From contig JAUWGH010000009.1 of NCBI GenBank assembly GCA_030606485.1, positions 30,001 to 62,000 on the forward strand: a stretch of DNA of 32,000 nt, written 5' to 3'. The first letter of the stretch is position 1; every line of letters begins with the position of its first letter. The position numbers and the translations under genes are program-made. This document shows positions 9,110 to 18,258 of this stretch, one piece after another. Source of the stretch: Promethearchaeota archaeon. GTDB taxonomy: Archaea; Asgardarchaeota; Lokiarchaeia; Sigyniarchaeales; SOKP01. The notes beneath the pieces were generated by a model, which saw only the letters and a list, made by a program, of their open reading frames with translations, ran no database searches and was not told the origin of the DNA.

Positions 9110-9931
9110 ATGGTACAAGTCTTTAAAATTTTAGATACTGGGGAAACTGAAGAAATTAAAGATACTGGGAGTCCAATTAAGGATATTCTAGACAGTTCTG
9201 AAGTATTTATTATAATCAGCGAACATCGTGATAAAACAATTTGGTTATGGAAAGGTGCAAAATCATCGGTCAGAAGAAAATTTATAGGAGCCCAGAAGTC
9301 GCAGGACATTCGAGGACAAGTTGGAATGCAATATTCAGTGTTTCCCGTAGACCAAGGCGAGGAAAAACCCGATATCATAAAAGCTATTGGCGGCAATCCT
9401 AGTGAAGGATTTGCGAGAGAAATTAAAGATGATAGTGATGGAATAGAGACTCATCCTTTAAGGCAAAAACAAATTTTTGAACCACCAAGACCAGCAGAAG
9501 GGATGAAAATCGGACCGTCACCTCAGGCTCAAGCTGGAATAGGACCTTTATATACTGGAGAGGAATCCATGTCTCGATATTTAGAACCAACTACTGTTGA
9601 TTTTAAATTTGTGATGCAAAAATTAGAAGAAATTGCTACTCCAGAAGGGTTCGAACGAGAATTGATAATTATTGGCTCCCAAACCTTTGCAGTTATCGAA
9701 AAAGTTCAAACATTTTTGGGCAGAAAACAAGTTGAGAAGGTTATAGAGCGTATTAGTTCAATCCCCGAAGGTGTTTTTTTTGCTGAAGGTTATACGCCTC
9801 GAATTTTATCAGAAAATGGAAAAGTATTGGCCATAGAATTTTTAAAAAAATCAAATAGTAATGAAAATAATAGTCCTAATAAAAAGAACATCTTGAAAAA
9901 TCAAATAAAGCAACAATTAGGTTCATCTTAA
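9110..9931 (+). CDS. Single gelsolin-homology domain protein with Pro-rich linker and a C-terminal domain of unknown function
   Basis: LDSSEVFIII...IWLWKGAKSSVRRKFIG...VDQGEE matches the gelsolin repeat pattern (L.S.D.FIL...I..W.G..SS....QG.E). Confidence 0.8.
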   Translation: MVQVFKILDTGETEEIKDTGSPIKDILDSSEVFIIISEHRDKTIWLWKGAKSSVRRKFIGAQKSQDIRGQVGMQYSVFPVDQGEEKPDIIKAIGGNPSEGFAREIKDDSDGIETHPLRQKQIFEPPRPAEGMKIGPSPQAQAGIGPLYTGEESMSRYLEPTTVDFKFVMQKLEEIATPEGFERELIIIGSQTFAVIEKVQTFLGRKQVEKVIERISSIPEGVFFAEGYTPRILSENGKVLAIEFLKKSNSNENNSPNKKNILKNQIKQQLGSS

Positions 9932-10028
9932 TAACAGGAATTAAAATAAAAGATATTTACAAAAAAATATTAAGTCATTTTAATTAATATTTCATAAAAT
10001 TAATTAAATTTCAAAATAAAATCTAATA

Positions 10029-10421
10029 ATGAGCGATTTAACACCACAAGAAGCTCAGAATTTATCCGAGTTCTTAGGAAATATCACCGAACATACTGAT
10101 TTAGAAGCATTGGCGTTAGTTACACGAGAAGGTTTAAGACTTGCTTTTTCATGCGTATCGGGATATAATATCAATCCGGATTTATTTTCGTCTATGAGCG
10201 CTGTAGTTATGAAAAGCGGGGAAGATGCTATTCAAGGACTTGAATATAATAATTTACTTGAAGTAATTCTTCGAGGCGATAACGCCTTTATAATTTTAAG
10301 CAACGCTGGACGATTTTTCCTAATGGGTGCAAGTAGAGAGATTAAAGATTTAGGAAAAATAGTTTCGGTTTTTAGATATTATGCTAAAGAAATCTCTAAA
10401 AGGTATCCAAAATTATCTTAA
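10029..10421 (+). CDS. Roadblock/LC7 (MglB-like) protein
   Basis: 130 aa; LEALALVTREGLRLA, DLFSSMSAVVMKSG, LLEVILRGDNAFIIL, LGKIVSVFRYYAKEI follow the roadblock fold pattern. Confidence 0.8.
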   Translation: MSDLTPQEAQNLSEFLGNITEHTDLEALALVTREGLRLAFSCVSGYNINPDLFSSMSAVVMKSGEDAIQGLEYNNLLEVILRGDNAFIILSNAGRFFLMGASREIKDLGKIVSVFRYYAKEISKRYPKLS

Positions 10422-10678
10422 AATTTCCTAATTCTTTAATTATTTAAGGAAAATAATGTTGTTGTAAATCGCGCTAATCTTGTTAATTTTATAACTTTTT
10501 TTAAAAGACACGAGACATATATTTCAAAATTTTATTAATAATGAGAAGAGGTCCGTTTAAAATTTTTTATTGATTAAAAATAAATTATAAATATAATAAT
10601 TCTAACATTTTATACTAATGAATATTTATTATGTTCTAAAAGGAATAAAATAATGAGTAATATTTTGAAGGGTTAATC

Positions 10679-12844
10679 ATGTCTAAAGAACCATTAATAT
10701 TATTTGTTGAGGTTTTTGATTCAGATTCTGAGAAAGTAATTACCTCTAATGAGAATCTTGAAAAATTGGGTGTTAAGACTGGAGATATAGTTGAAGTTAT
10801 AGATATGGATACAAATAAAACTATACCAGCATTTATTGAGGGCTCTCCGGATGTTTTAGAATTCGCCGGTAAATTTTCCAAAATAATAATAAACAATTTA
10901 AATTTTAAAGGAGTAGAATTAGGTATTCGAGTAAAAAGTGATATTAAAATCGTTCCTGAGCCCACTCCATCCAAAATAATTTCAGTCCCAGAAACCCCTT
11001 CCGCAGAAATAAAACCACCTAAAATTGAATTCGCAATAGGACAACCACAACCAACAACGCCTAAAATACCCACTTATGCACCTCCAAAACCAAAGGAACC
11101 AACTCCTGGAATTACTCCTCCACCCTCCCCACCTGGATTAACTCCAACCCCTCCACCGCCTTCACAACCATCACCAACATATGCACCTCCAAAACCACAA
11201 ATGCCAACACCTGGATTAACCCCCCCACCACAACCACCACAATTAGACCAATTAGGAATCCAACCAAATGGATTACCCAAAACTGAAATAACACCTACTT
11301 ACCCTAATCAAATTGATATATATGCTCTGCAGACTCAAAAAAGTGGAATAATTTTAACACCAAAAGTAGTCGATGATATTGAAGGAAGGGTTCAGTTAAG
11401 TGAAAATAATCTCAGAAAATTAGGATTAGGTGTAGGAATGTTAATTGCATGGGAAGATCCTTTGACACGATCTGTAGGTTCAGCGAGAATTTCTATGGGT
11501 CTTAATGTTACAGATAATCAAATCATAATGGATCAAAATACAAAGGAAGATACTAATATCCTCTCTGATCAAATTGTAGTTTATTCTACTGAACCACCCA
11601 TTCAGAAAATGGAGCAAATTTCCCTAGAAGTTAATTCAAAACCTGAACTTAATGGTTTTTGTCAAGTCAGCCCTAGGATAATGCATTCATTATCTGTGCA
11701 ACCTGGTGATATATTTGCTTTTGAAGACGAATTAACTGGCGCTATTGGAGCCGCAAAAGTTCAAATTAATGAAAGAATGCCTTCCAATCAAATTATTATT
11801 GATACTGAGATATTAGAAGCATCCGGAATCGGTAGTTATGAAGTTATTGTAAGGAAAAACCTAAGGCAAATTATAAATCTACAATCAATAAATTTAGGTA
11901 TAAGCCCAATTAAAGGAGAAAATATGTGGGAACTCGTAAGTACAATACGTAAAAGCGTTGATGCCTTAAAAAGTTGGCTTATGAATTATATAATATTTAA
12001 AGGAATTAAATTACGATGGAATGCAGCTAATATTGCATGTTCTGTCATTGATTGTATACCTGATTTGACAGGAGATATTTTTGCGCAAATAACTCCAGAT
12101 ACTACACTAAGCTTGAGTCCAACGGGGCTTATTCCGTTTAATGCAATATTAATTATTGACATTAGTAGGAGTATGATGGCGCGCGATGTAGAAATTAGAA
12201 ATATTGCTCCTGCAATCGAAGGAATTAAGGCAGCTATGTATTCCCCAGAAATTCAAGAATTTCTGAAGAAATTTAAGGAAGGTATATCAGTTCCACGTCG
12301 AATAGCAGCCGCTTTTGCAGCAGTTCTATTCTTAAGTGAGAAAGTTGGAAGAGGATTTGGAGAAAAAGTGAGTGTTATACGTTTTGCAGATGAATCTCAA
12401 GTATTACCCTTCCAAGGAGGGCTGTATATGGACTCTGCCAGCGGAGAAAAGGGAATTCTTGAAGATTGTGCTCGAATGATTGTTGATAGGATTGGAAACG
12501 CTTATGGTCAAGCAACAAATATGGGTGCCGCTATGCTTGCAGGAAGGGAAGTTCTCTACACATTTGAACAAATAAATCCTGATCAGCCAACTATGATAGT
12601 TATTTTGACTGATGGTGTTCCTACCGATGTAGATAATTTTCTTGAAGCTATTAAACAATTCAGTGAAAACCCAAATGTTGTAATATACATTGTAGGTCTA
12701 GGAAATCCTGATGATAAGTTAATGAATAGAGCTGCTAATTTATGCGGTGGAGAATACTTTAAACCTAATGATGCCGGGGAATTATTAATTTGGTATAGTA
12801 AACGCGCACGAGATTTAACAGTGAAACTTAAAGCTCATAAATAG
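10679..12844 (+). CDS. vWA-domain protein with three CDC48-N-like double-psi beta-barrel (DPBB) segments and a poly-Pro linker; no ATPase domain
   Basis: Complete MIDAS: IIDISRSM, ATNMG, ILTDG; also YIVGLG. DPBB-like segments: SNENLEKLGVKTGDIVEV, VQLSENNLRKLGLGVGMLI, CQVSPRIMHSLSVQPGDIFAF. No Walker A/B motif. Confidence 0.75.
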   Translation: MSKEPLILFVEVFDSDSEKVITSNENLEKLGVKTGDIVEVIDMDTNKTIPAFIEGSPDVLEFAGKFSKIIINNLNFKGVELGIRVKSDIKIVPEPTPSKIISVPETPSAEIKPPKIEFAIGQPQPTTPKIPTYAPPKPKEPTPGITPPPSPPGLTPTPPPPSQPSPTYAPPKPQMPTPGLTPPPQPPQLDQLGIQPNGLPKTEITPTYPNQIDIYALQTQKSGIILTPKVVDDIEGRVQLSENNLRKLGLGVGMLIAWEDPLTRSVGSARISMGLNVTDNQIIMDQNTKEDTNILSDQIVVYSTEPPIQKMEQISLEVNSKPELNGFCQVSPRIMHSLSVQPGDIFAFEDELTGAIGAAKVQINERMPSNQIIIDTEILEASGIGSYEVIVRKNLRQIINLQSINLGISPIKGENMWELVSTIRKSVDALKSWLMNYIIFKGIKLRWNAANIACSVIDCIPDLTGDIFAQITPDTTLSLSPTGLIPFNAILIIDISRSMMARDVEIRNIAPAIEGIKAAMYSPEIQEFLKKFKEGISVPRRIAAAFAAVLFLSEKVGRGFGEKVSVIRFADESQVLPFQGGLYMDSASGEKGILEDCARMIVDRIGNAYGQATNMGAAMLAGREVLYTFEQINPDQPTMIVILTDGVPTDVDNFLEAIKQFSENPNVVIYIVGLGNPDDKLMNRAANLCGGEYFKPNDAGELLIWYSKRARDLTVKLKAHK
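11075..11230 (+). repeat. Imperfect 105-bp (35 aa) duplication in the Pro-rich linker
   Basis: tatgcacctccaaaacca is identical at 11075 and 11180; PTYAPPKPKEPTPGITPPP vs PTYAPPKPQMPTPGLTPPP. Confidence 0.85.
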
Positions 12845-13048
12845 ATATAAATAAAATAACATTAATTAATCAAATTATAATTTTTCTCTTAAATTCTTAT
12901 AATTTTACTTATGTAAAGGCATTCTTCTACTCTACTTATTTTTAAAGGAATTTATTGAGAAAAAATTTTTTTATTTAAATGATTAAGTAATATTATTAAA
13001 CAAGTTTGAAGAATTTCTATTAATAAATAATATAAGATTTTATAAAAA

Positions 13049-13450
13049 ATGAAAGAAGCACGTATTCTTAATATTGATACGAGAGGAAGAATAGTAATCC
13101 CAAATATCTTCCGAAAATCGTTAGGGATCGAGGATGCAACCCAAATAATGATGATAGCAGATAGTGAGAAGAAAGAAATCCGAATCTATCCCGTAGGTTG
13201 GAGTGGAGAAAAAGATACCGTTAAATTTAAAATTTATATGAATGATGTTGCGGGTTCATTAGCACTAATTGCAAAAACCATAGGTGAATTAAAAATCTCT
13301 CTTATTTACGGTGAAGCAATCGTTATTGAGAAAGGAAAATTAGCGATATGGAACGTAATTGCACCTATTCCTGAAGGTTTAAATATTGAAAAAATAATTG
13401 AAACATTAATTCAAAGAGGAAAAGCTCAGAAAATTGAGATAATTGAATAA
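13049..13450 (+). CDS. AbrB/MazE/SpoVT-type DNA-binding domain fused to an ACT-like domain
   Basis: IDTRGRIVIPNIFRKSLGI (AbrB signature); KIYMNDVAGSLALIAKTIGELKISLIY (ACT D-x-x-G-x-L pattern). Confidence 0.75.
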   Translation: MKEARILNIDTRGRIVIPNIFRKSLGIEDATQIMMIADSEKKEIRIYPVGWSGEKDTVKFKIYMNDVAGSLALIAKTIGELKISLIYGEAIVIEKGKLAIWNVIAPIPEGLNIEKIIETLIQRGKAQKIEIIE

Positions 13451-13536
13451 TAAACAAGCGTTAAAATAAAAAATATAAAATATGATTATATCAATAGAAT
13501 ATTTTTTTTAAAGAATTATAAAAAATTAGAATTATT

Positions 13537-14229
13537 ATGGCTAAGAAGAAGATTAAAAAAGAAAAATCAGAAAAGGAAGAAGATTTAAGTGAGCCAGAAG
13601 CTAAGCAAGATGGACTTAGTTTTTTAGAGACCGCTTTGAAAAAAAGTAAAGATAGCAAAAAAACTTTAGAAGAATTTATACTAGGAAAAGCAGAGTCAAA
13701 AATGGAAGAAACTGCAAATGAGGAATATGATAATATCGAGATAACCCCACAATTGACATCTGAAACCAGTCAGGATAAGAAAACGACATCTGAGGAGTCG
13801 GGAATAAAGATCGAGGTTTTAGAGGATTTTAAAGAAATTGAAGATTTATCAACAACACCTCATAGAGAAGAATTGAATTTATATGAGAATATGGGTGGGT
13901 TTTTCGATGAATTATTTAGTAGTTTTAATAATAGATACACAAGATGGGAGAATTCTACTGGAATGATTTTATCCATTTTACGAAAAATGAGAAAAATAAC
14001 AAAAAAAAACACAGAACAACTGATAAATTCAATAGCAAATTTACTTGCAAAAACTCAAAAAGGATTAACTGATTTTGAAATAAAACGTAATGAAATCGAA
14101 AAAATTTCGAATACTAATTTTACCAATATTTCTAAAGATTTTAAAAAAATATTAGGCCTTCTAGAATTACAGATTCAAGAATATCAATTAAAAAAAGAAG
14201 TCTCGGAGCTTTTCCTTAAACCTTCATAA
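13537..14229 (+). CDS. Hypothetical protein: acidic, low-complexity N-terminus and helical/coiled-coil C-terminus
   Basis: 230 aa ORF, K/E-rich, no recognised motif. Confidence 0.6.
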   Translation: MAKKKIKKEKSEKEEDLSEPEAKQDGLSFLETALKKSKDSKKTLEEFILGKAESKMEETANEEYDNIEITPQLTSETSQDKKTTSEESGIKIEVLEDFKEIEDLSTTPHREELNLYENMGGFFDELFSSFNNRYTRWENSTGMILSILRKMRKITKKNTEQLINSIANLLAKTQKGLTDFEIKRNEIEKISNTNFTNISKDFKKILGLLELQIQEYQLKKEVSELFLKPS

Positions 14230-14347
14230 ATAGAGTATTGAATTCATTAAATAATATTTCTTAGTTCTCCTAGAAACCAAGAATTTCATAATTTTTGGGG
14301 GTGTTAATAACAAGGTTTTTTTAAGCATAAATTTCATATTAAATAAT

Positions 14348-15550
14348 ATGGAAAATGAGAAAGAAGAGTTTTTGCGTCCCCTAATCTTAGACATAGGTTC
14401 TGCTAATTTTCGGTTAGGTTTTGCGGGAGACGATCTTCCAGATATTATAGTTCCAAGTATATATGCGGATATAACAGATCCAATATATAAATCAGATAAT
14501 ATTTCTGGATTAAAGGATATATTTGTTTCTAAGAATACAGAAAAACATCTATATGGAATGGAGGCGTTAAAATATAAGGATATTTTGAATAATCATCAAT
14601 TTGTAATAGAAAAAAATTATAATGTCTTGAAAAAATTCTTTTTATATTATTATCATCAATTGGAAATAGAACAGAACTATTTTTTTCAACAGCCATTAAT
14701 TATTTTATTTCCTTTTACCAGCTCAGAAAATGATAAAAAAAAATTGCAACAGATATTTTTAGATGAATTAAATTTTCCAAAAATTAATTTTATTAGTTTT
14801 TCTGATTGTATTTTATCTGCTTTAGGTAAAAATACAGGGGTTGTTATCAATATAGGGGAACAAAATTCATTTGTATCAACATATTTACATGGATATAGTA
14901 ATTTCTCAGCCCGTGAATTTTTTCCAATTGCAGGAAAGGATCTTACAGAATATTTAATGGATTTAATATTATTCAATAAAAAATACAAAATAAATTATAT
15001 AGATCAATGGATTGCACGAGAAATAAAAAATAAATCTTCAATATGTGTTTTTAATCCTAAAGAAACAAAAAAAAAAATTAAAGAAGGATTAAGTTCTTTT
15101 GACCAAGAAATTCAATTACCTGATGGATATATTTTTACGATTAACTTCGAAAGAATAATGATTTCTGAACCTTTATTTAATCCAAATGTGATTCATTTAG
15201 ACACAGTTGAATTACCAAAATTGGTTGCAGAACTTGTAAAAACATGGAATAGGAATGATTGGCTGGAATTACTTCAAAATATTGTTCTTTGTGGGGGGAC
15301 TAGTCTAATTAAAGATCTTGGTAAAAGATTAAAATTGGAAATCGGAAAGTTTTTTTCCAAAAAAATAAAAGATGAGATAAAAGTTATTACACCAACAGGC
15401 AGAGAAAATATGGGATGGATTGGTGCTTCCATTTTATATTCACGTGGATTATTTTCGAAAGGATGGATTGAAAATCCGAATAATCAAAATGAAATTAAAA
15501 ATGATGAAGTTTTATCCCAGCCCCCTTCTAACGCAGTAGATGAGGATTAA
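14348..15550 (+). CDS. Divergent actin-related protein (actin/ARP family)
   Basis: LILDIGSANFRLGFAGDDLPDIIVPS; LPDGYIFTINFERIMISEPLFNP; NIVLCGGTSLIKDLGKRLKLEI; IKVITPTGRENMGWIGASIL. All align with actin hallmark segments. Confidence 0.92.
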   Translation: MENEKEEFLRPLILDIGSANFRLGFAGDDLPDIIVPSIYADITDPIYKSDNISGLKDIFVSKNTEKHLYGMEALKYKDILNNHQFVIEKNYNVLKKFFLYYYHQLEIEQNYFFQQPLIILFPFTSSENDKKKLQQIFLDELNFPKINFISFSDCILSALGKNTGVVINIGEQNSFVSTYLHGYSNFSAREFFPIAGKDLTEYLMDLILFNKKYKINYIDQWIAREIKNKSSICVFNPKETKKKIKEGLSSFDQEIQLPDGYIFTINFERIMISEPLFNPNVIHLDTVELPKLVAELVKTWNRNDWLELLQNIVLCGGTSLIKDLGKRLKLEIGKFFSKKIKDEIKVITPTGRENMGWIGASILYSRGLFSKGWIENPNNQNEIKNDEVLSQPPSNAVDED

Positions 15551-15600
15551 AATGTCAAATATAATTGATTTTAATAAATTTTAAAGGAGTTAATAAGAAT

Positions 15601-18174
15601 ATGCTCTCTCAAAATGAAAAAAGCCAAGAATTTTTCAAAAATTTTGAAAAGCAAATAATCCAAGGTCGAAAATTGTTAAAGTTAGGAAATCATAAGTGGG
15701 CAGATAAGTTATTCACAAAACTATATCTTGATATTCAAAAAGCAGATTGGATAAACCTTCAAAAAAAAGACCAATTAAATGAAATTTTAAATAATTCTTG
15801 GGATAAATATATACAATCTTTAGTTGCACAAACTGAGGAGGGTACAATTTTTGATGTTATAAAATATTATGATTCTTATAATCGTTATTTTGGTTTTTTG
15901 GCAAAACAAGGTAAATATTATGAATTACTACATCACGGAAAAAATCTTATCAAATCTTATATTAATCAACCAGATATTTCAATTAATGGTTTAACAAGAT
16001 TAGTCAACTCTCTTTCAAACATTATGAAAGATGAGGGAAATTATTATGAACTACTTAAATATCAAATCCTATCCATATACCTCCAAAAATCATTTTCTCC
16101 ATCAACTCTATATTATTTTTCTATGAATTATTTATGGGAATTTTTAAAAAAAATTGAACCTTCAAAGAGACCTCTATTACTATATATTTTTTTGGAAAAT
16201 ATTGGAATCTCATATCAATTAAAGGAGAATTCCGATGAATTCATACAAGAGATAAATCATATTATAGTAAATAGATTACGCACCGAATTAAAAAATGAAT
16301 TTTCTCTTTTATCTAGAATAAGAATAAACGATAAAAATTTTAATGAGATCTTCTCAGATTTAGAAAATTTATTGATGTATCTAAATGATATCGGGGAATC
16401 TAATTGGATATTAAGTTTAATTGAAAATATATTTCTAAAAATTATTCAATACGATTCTTTTGATAATGCTGTTGAATATATAAAGAAATACTTATATTTT
16501 TTACTAAAAAGAAATCGATTTGAGATATCATTTAATGTATATAAGTTTTTAGGGAATTATTTTAAAGAATTCCATGAAAATGAATATAATTTTCTTTTAA
16601 TTGAACATTGGGCTGATGCTTGCAAAAATTTTAGAGATCTAAAAGAAAAAAAATATCTTTTGAGATCTTTAGAAGAATTACAAAAAAATATTTCTACTCC
16701 TTCAAATACTAAACAAATAGTGCATTACTTTTATGTCTATAATTTTATTTGGAGGCTAAAAACTAAATTTATTACACCTGAAAAATTTGAATTTTGGAAT
16801 TCAATGTTTTATAGAGCATTTTTTGAAGAACAGGATATAAATTTAAGCGAAAATATAATTAAATTTTTATCCAAAAAAATACAACCATTATTGACAAATT
16901 TACAAGAATTTCGAAATATATGTTCACTGGAGCTTGAAAATATGCCTTTTTTCGATCAACAAGACGAAGGATTACTTAATATATTTGACGAAAAAGAAAA
17001 TCTGAAAATCAAAAATCTCTTAATAAGAATTAGAGATAATGGAGAAATAAACTTTTCTGGAAAATTCGAGGATTCACAAGAATTTCAGGATGTAATTATT
17101 GATGAATATTGGAACGATGATTATTTAATTAAAATTTATAATGATCTTTTTTGGAATATAGAAGTTGAAAAAGATATAACATTTGTAGATTTTGGAAAAC
17201 TTCTGTATTTATCTCTTCCAAAAAAACTTAGAAATATATTTTTAAAATTGAAACAAGATTGTACAGATCATATTCCTCACATATTTTTAATGCTTGATAA
17301 TATAACTATACCGTTTGATTTAATCCACGATGGGTCTGGATTCACTTCATTGAAATATTCTATTGGATACTCTCTTGGAGAACCTGATTTAAGAGGAATT
17401 AATTCGAAAATACCTGTTTTGCCTTTAGATCAATTGAAACAAAAATTTAATATATTAATTTTTGGGAGTTTAAATTTAATGCTTCCATCAAAATGGGATG
17501 ATGCCACAAAAAATAATGTGTTAATGTATCCCTTTAATGAAGGTGTAAATGAGTTAAATCATATTATCCAATATTTCCGTGAATCTTCTTTCGTTGATCA
17601 TATGGAATATTATATACAAGAAAATTTAACACGAGAAAATATTTTAAATAGTATAATCTCAGGCACTAATGACATCATTCATATCATTGGAAATTTATTT
17701 TATTCAACCGAGAATCCAAAAAATAGTTATTTTATTACTAATGATTATCAAACAGTTTCTATTTCAGATATTAATTATGCTATAAAAAAGACTACTACTA
17801 CCAAAAAACCATTCATTTTCTTTAATGTACGTATTTTCAATCTTTTGGGAGATCAATTACCATCAAATTTAAAGGTTATTTCTAAGATAATTCAAAATTT
17901 CGATCAAAACGAGATAACTGGAATTATTGTAAGAATTTTATACGAATTTAACGATAATACAAGGCAATTAATTTCAAATATATATAATAATCTAACTGAT
18001 GGGTTTAGTCAAGGAATTTCTGTATTGAAAGCCCGACAAAAAATTCTTCTAAATAAAGTTGCATCAAATGTTGACCAAAAAGAAATAGATATACAACAAG
18101 ACATGAATGTAGAATCAATCATCGCCTTTAATTCATTTCTTCTTTTTGGAAAGCCTTGGAAAATGCTTGAATAA
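15601..18174 (+). CDS. Large helical N-terminal region plus C-terminal CHAT (caspase/HetF-like) domain lacking the His-Cys dyad
   Basis: CHAT-like segments LYLSLPKKL, IFLMLDNITIPFDLIHDG, DIIHIIGN, PFIFFNVR, SVLKARQKIL, FNSFLLFGKPW. ATG 15601 lies 15 nt after the first G of GGAG and is preferred to TTG 15565. Confidence 0.7.
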   Translation: MLSQNEKSQEFFKNFEKQIIQGRKLLKLGNHKWADKLFTKLYLDIQKADWINLQKKDQLNEILNNSWDKYIQSLVAQTEEGTIFDVIKYYDSYNRYFGFLAKQGKYYELLHHGKNLIKSYINQPDISINGLTRLVNSLSNIMKDEGNYYELLKYQILSIYLQKSFSPSTLYYFSMNYLWEFLKKIEPSKRPLLLYIFLENIGISYQLKENSDEFIQEINHIIVNRLRTELKNEFSLLSRIRINDKNFNEIFSDLENLLMYLNDIGESNWILSLIENIFLKIIQYDSFDNAVEYIKKYLYFLLKRNRFEISFNVYKFLGNYFKEFHENEYNFLLIEHWADACKNFRDLKEKKYLLRSLEELQKNISTPSNTKQIVHYFYVYNFIWRLKTKFITPEKFEFWNSMFYRAFFEEQDINLSENIIKFLSKKIQPLLTNLQEFRNICSLELENMPFFDQQDEGLLNIFDEKENLKIKNLLIRIRDNGEINFSGKFEDSQEFQDVIIDEYWNDDYLIKIYNDLFWNIEVEKDITFVDFGKLLYLSLPKKLRNIFLKLKQDCTDHIPHIFLMLDNITIPFDLIHDGSGFTSLKYSIGYSLGEPDLRGINSKIPVLPLDQLKQKFNILIFGSLNLMLPSKWDDATKNNVLMYPFNEGVNELNHIIQYFRESSFVDHMEYYIQENLTRENILNSIISGTNDIIHIIGNLFYSTENPKNSYFITNDYQTVSISDINYAIKKTTTTKKPFIFFNVRIFNLLGDQLPSNLKVISKIIQNFDQNEITGIIVRILYEFNDNTRQLISNIYNNLTDGFSQGISVLKARQKILLNKVASNVDQKEIDIQQDMNVESIIAFNSFLLFGKPWKMLE

Positions 18175-18258
18175 ATTGTTAGCCAGAGAAACAAAAATAA
18201 TTTAAATATTCAAAATTAATAAAACATAATAAATAAAATAAAAAACAATGAAATTCGT

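Noticed and set aside
8769-9396. Minus-strand ORFs of 79 and 132 aa
   Set aside because: Shadows of nnr and the gelsolin gene.
10636-11294. Gly-rich minus-strand ORFs
   Set aside because: The reverse complement of Pro codons (CCN) produces Gly-rich artefacts.
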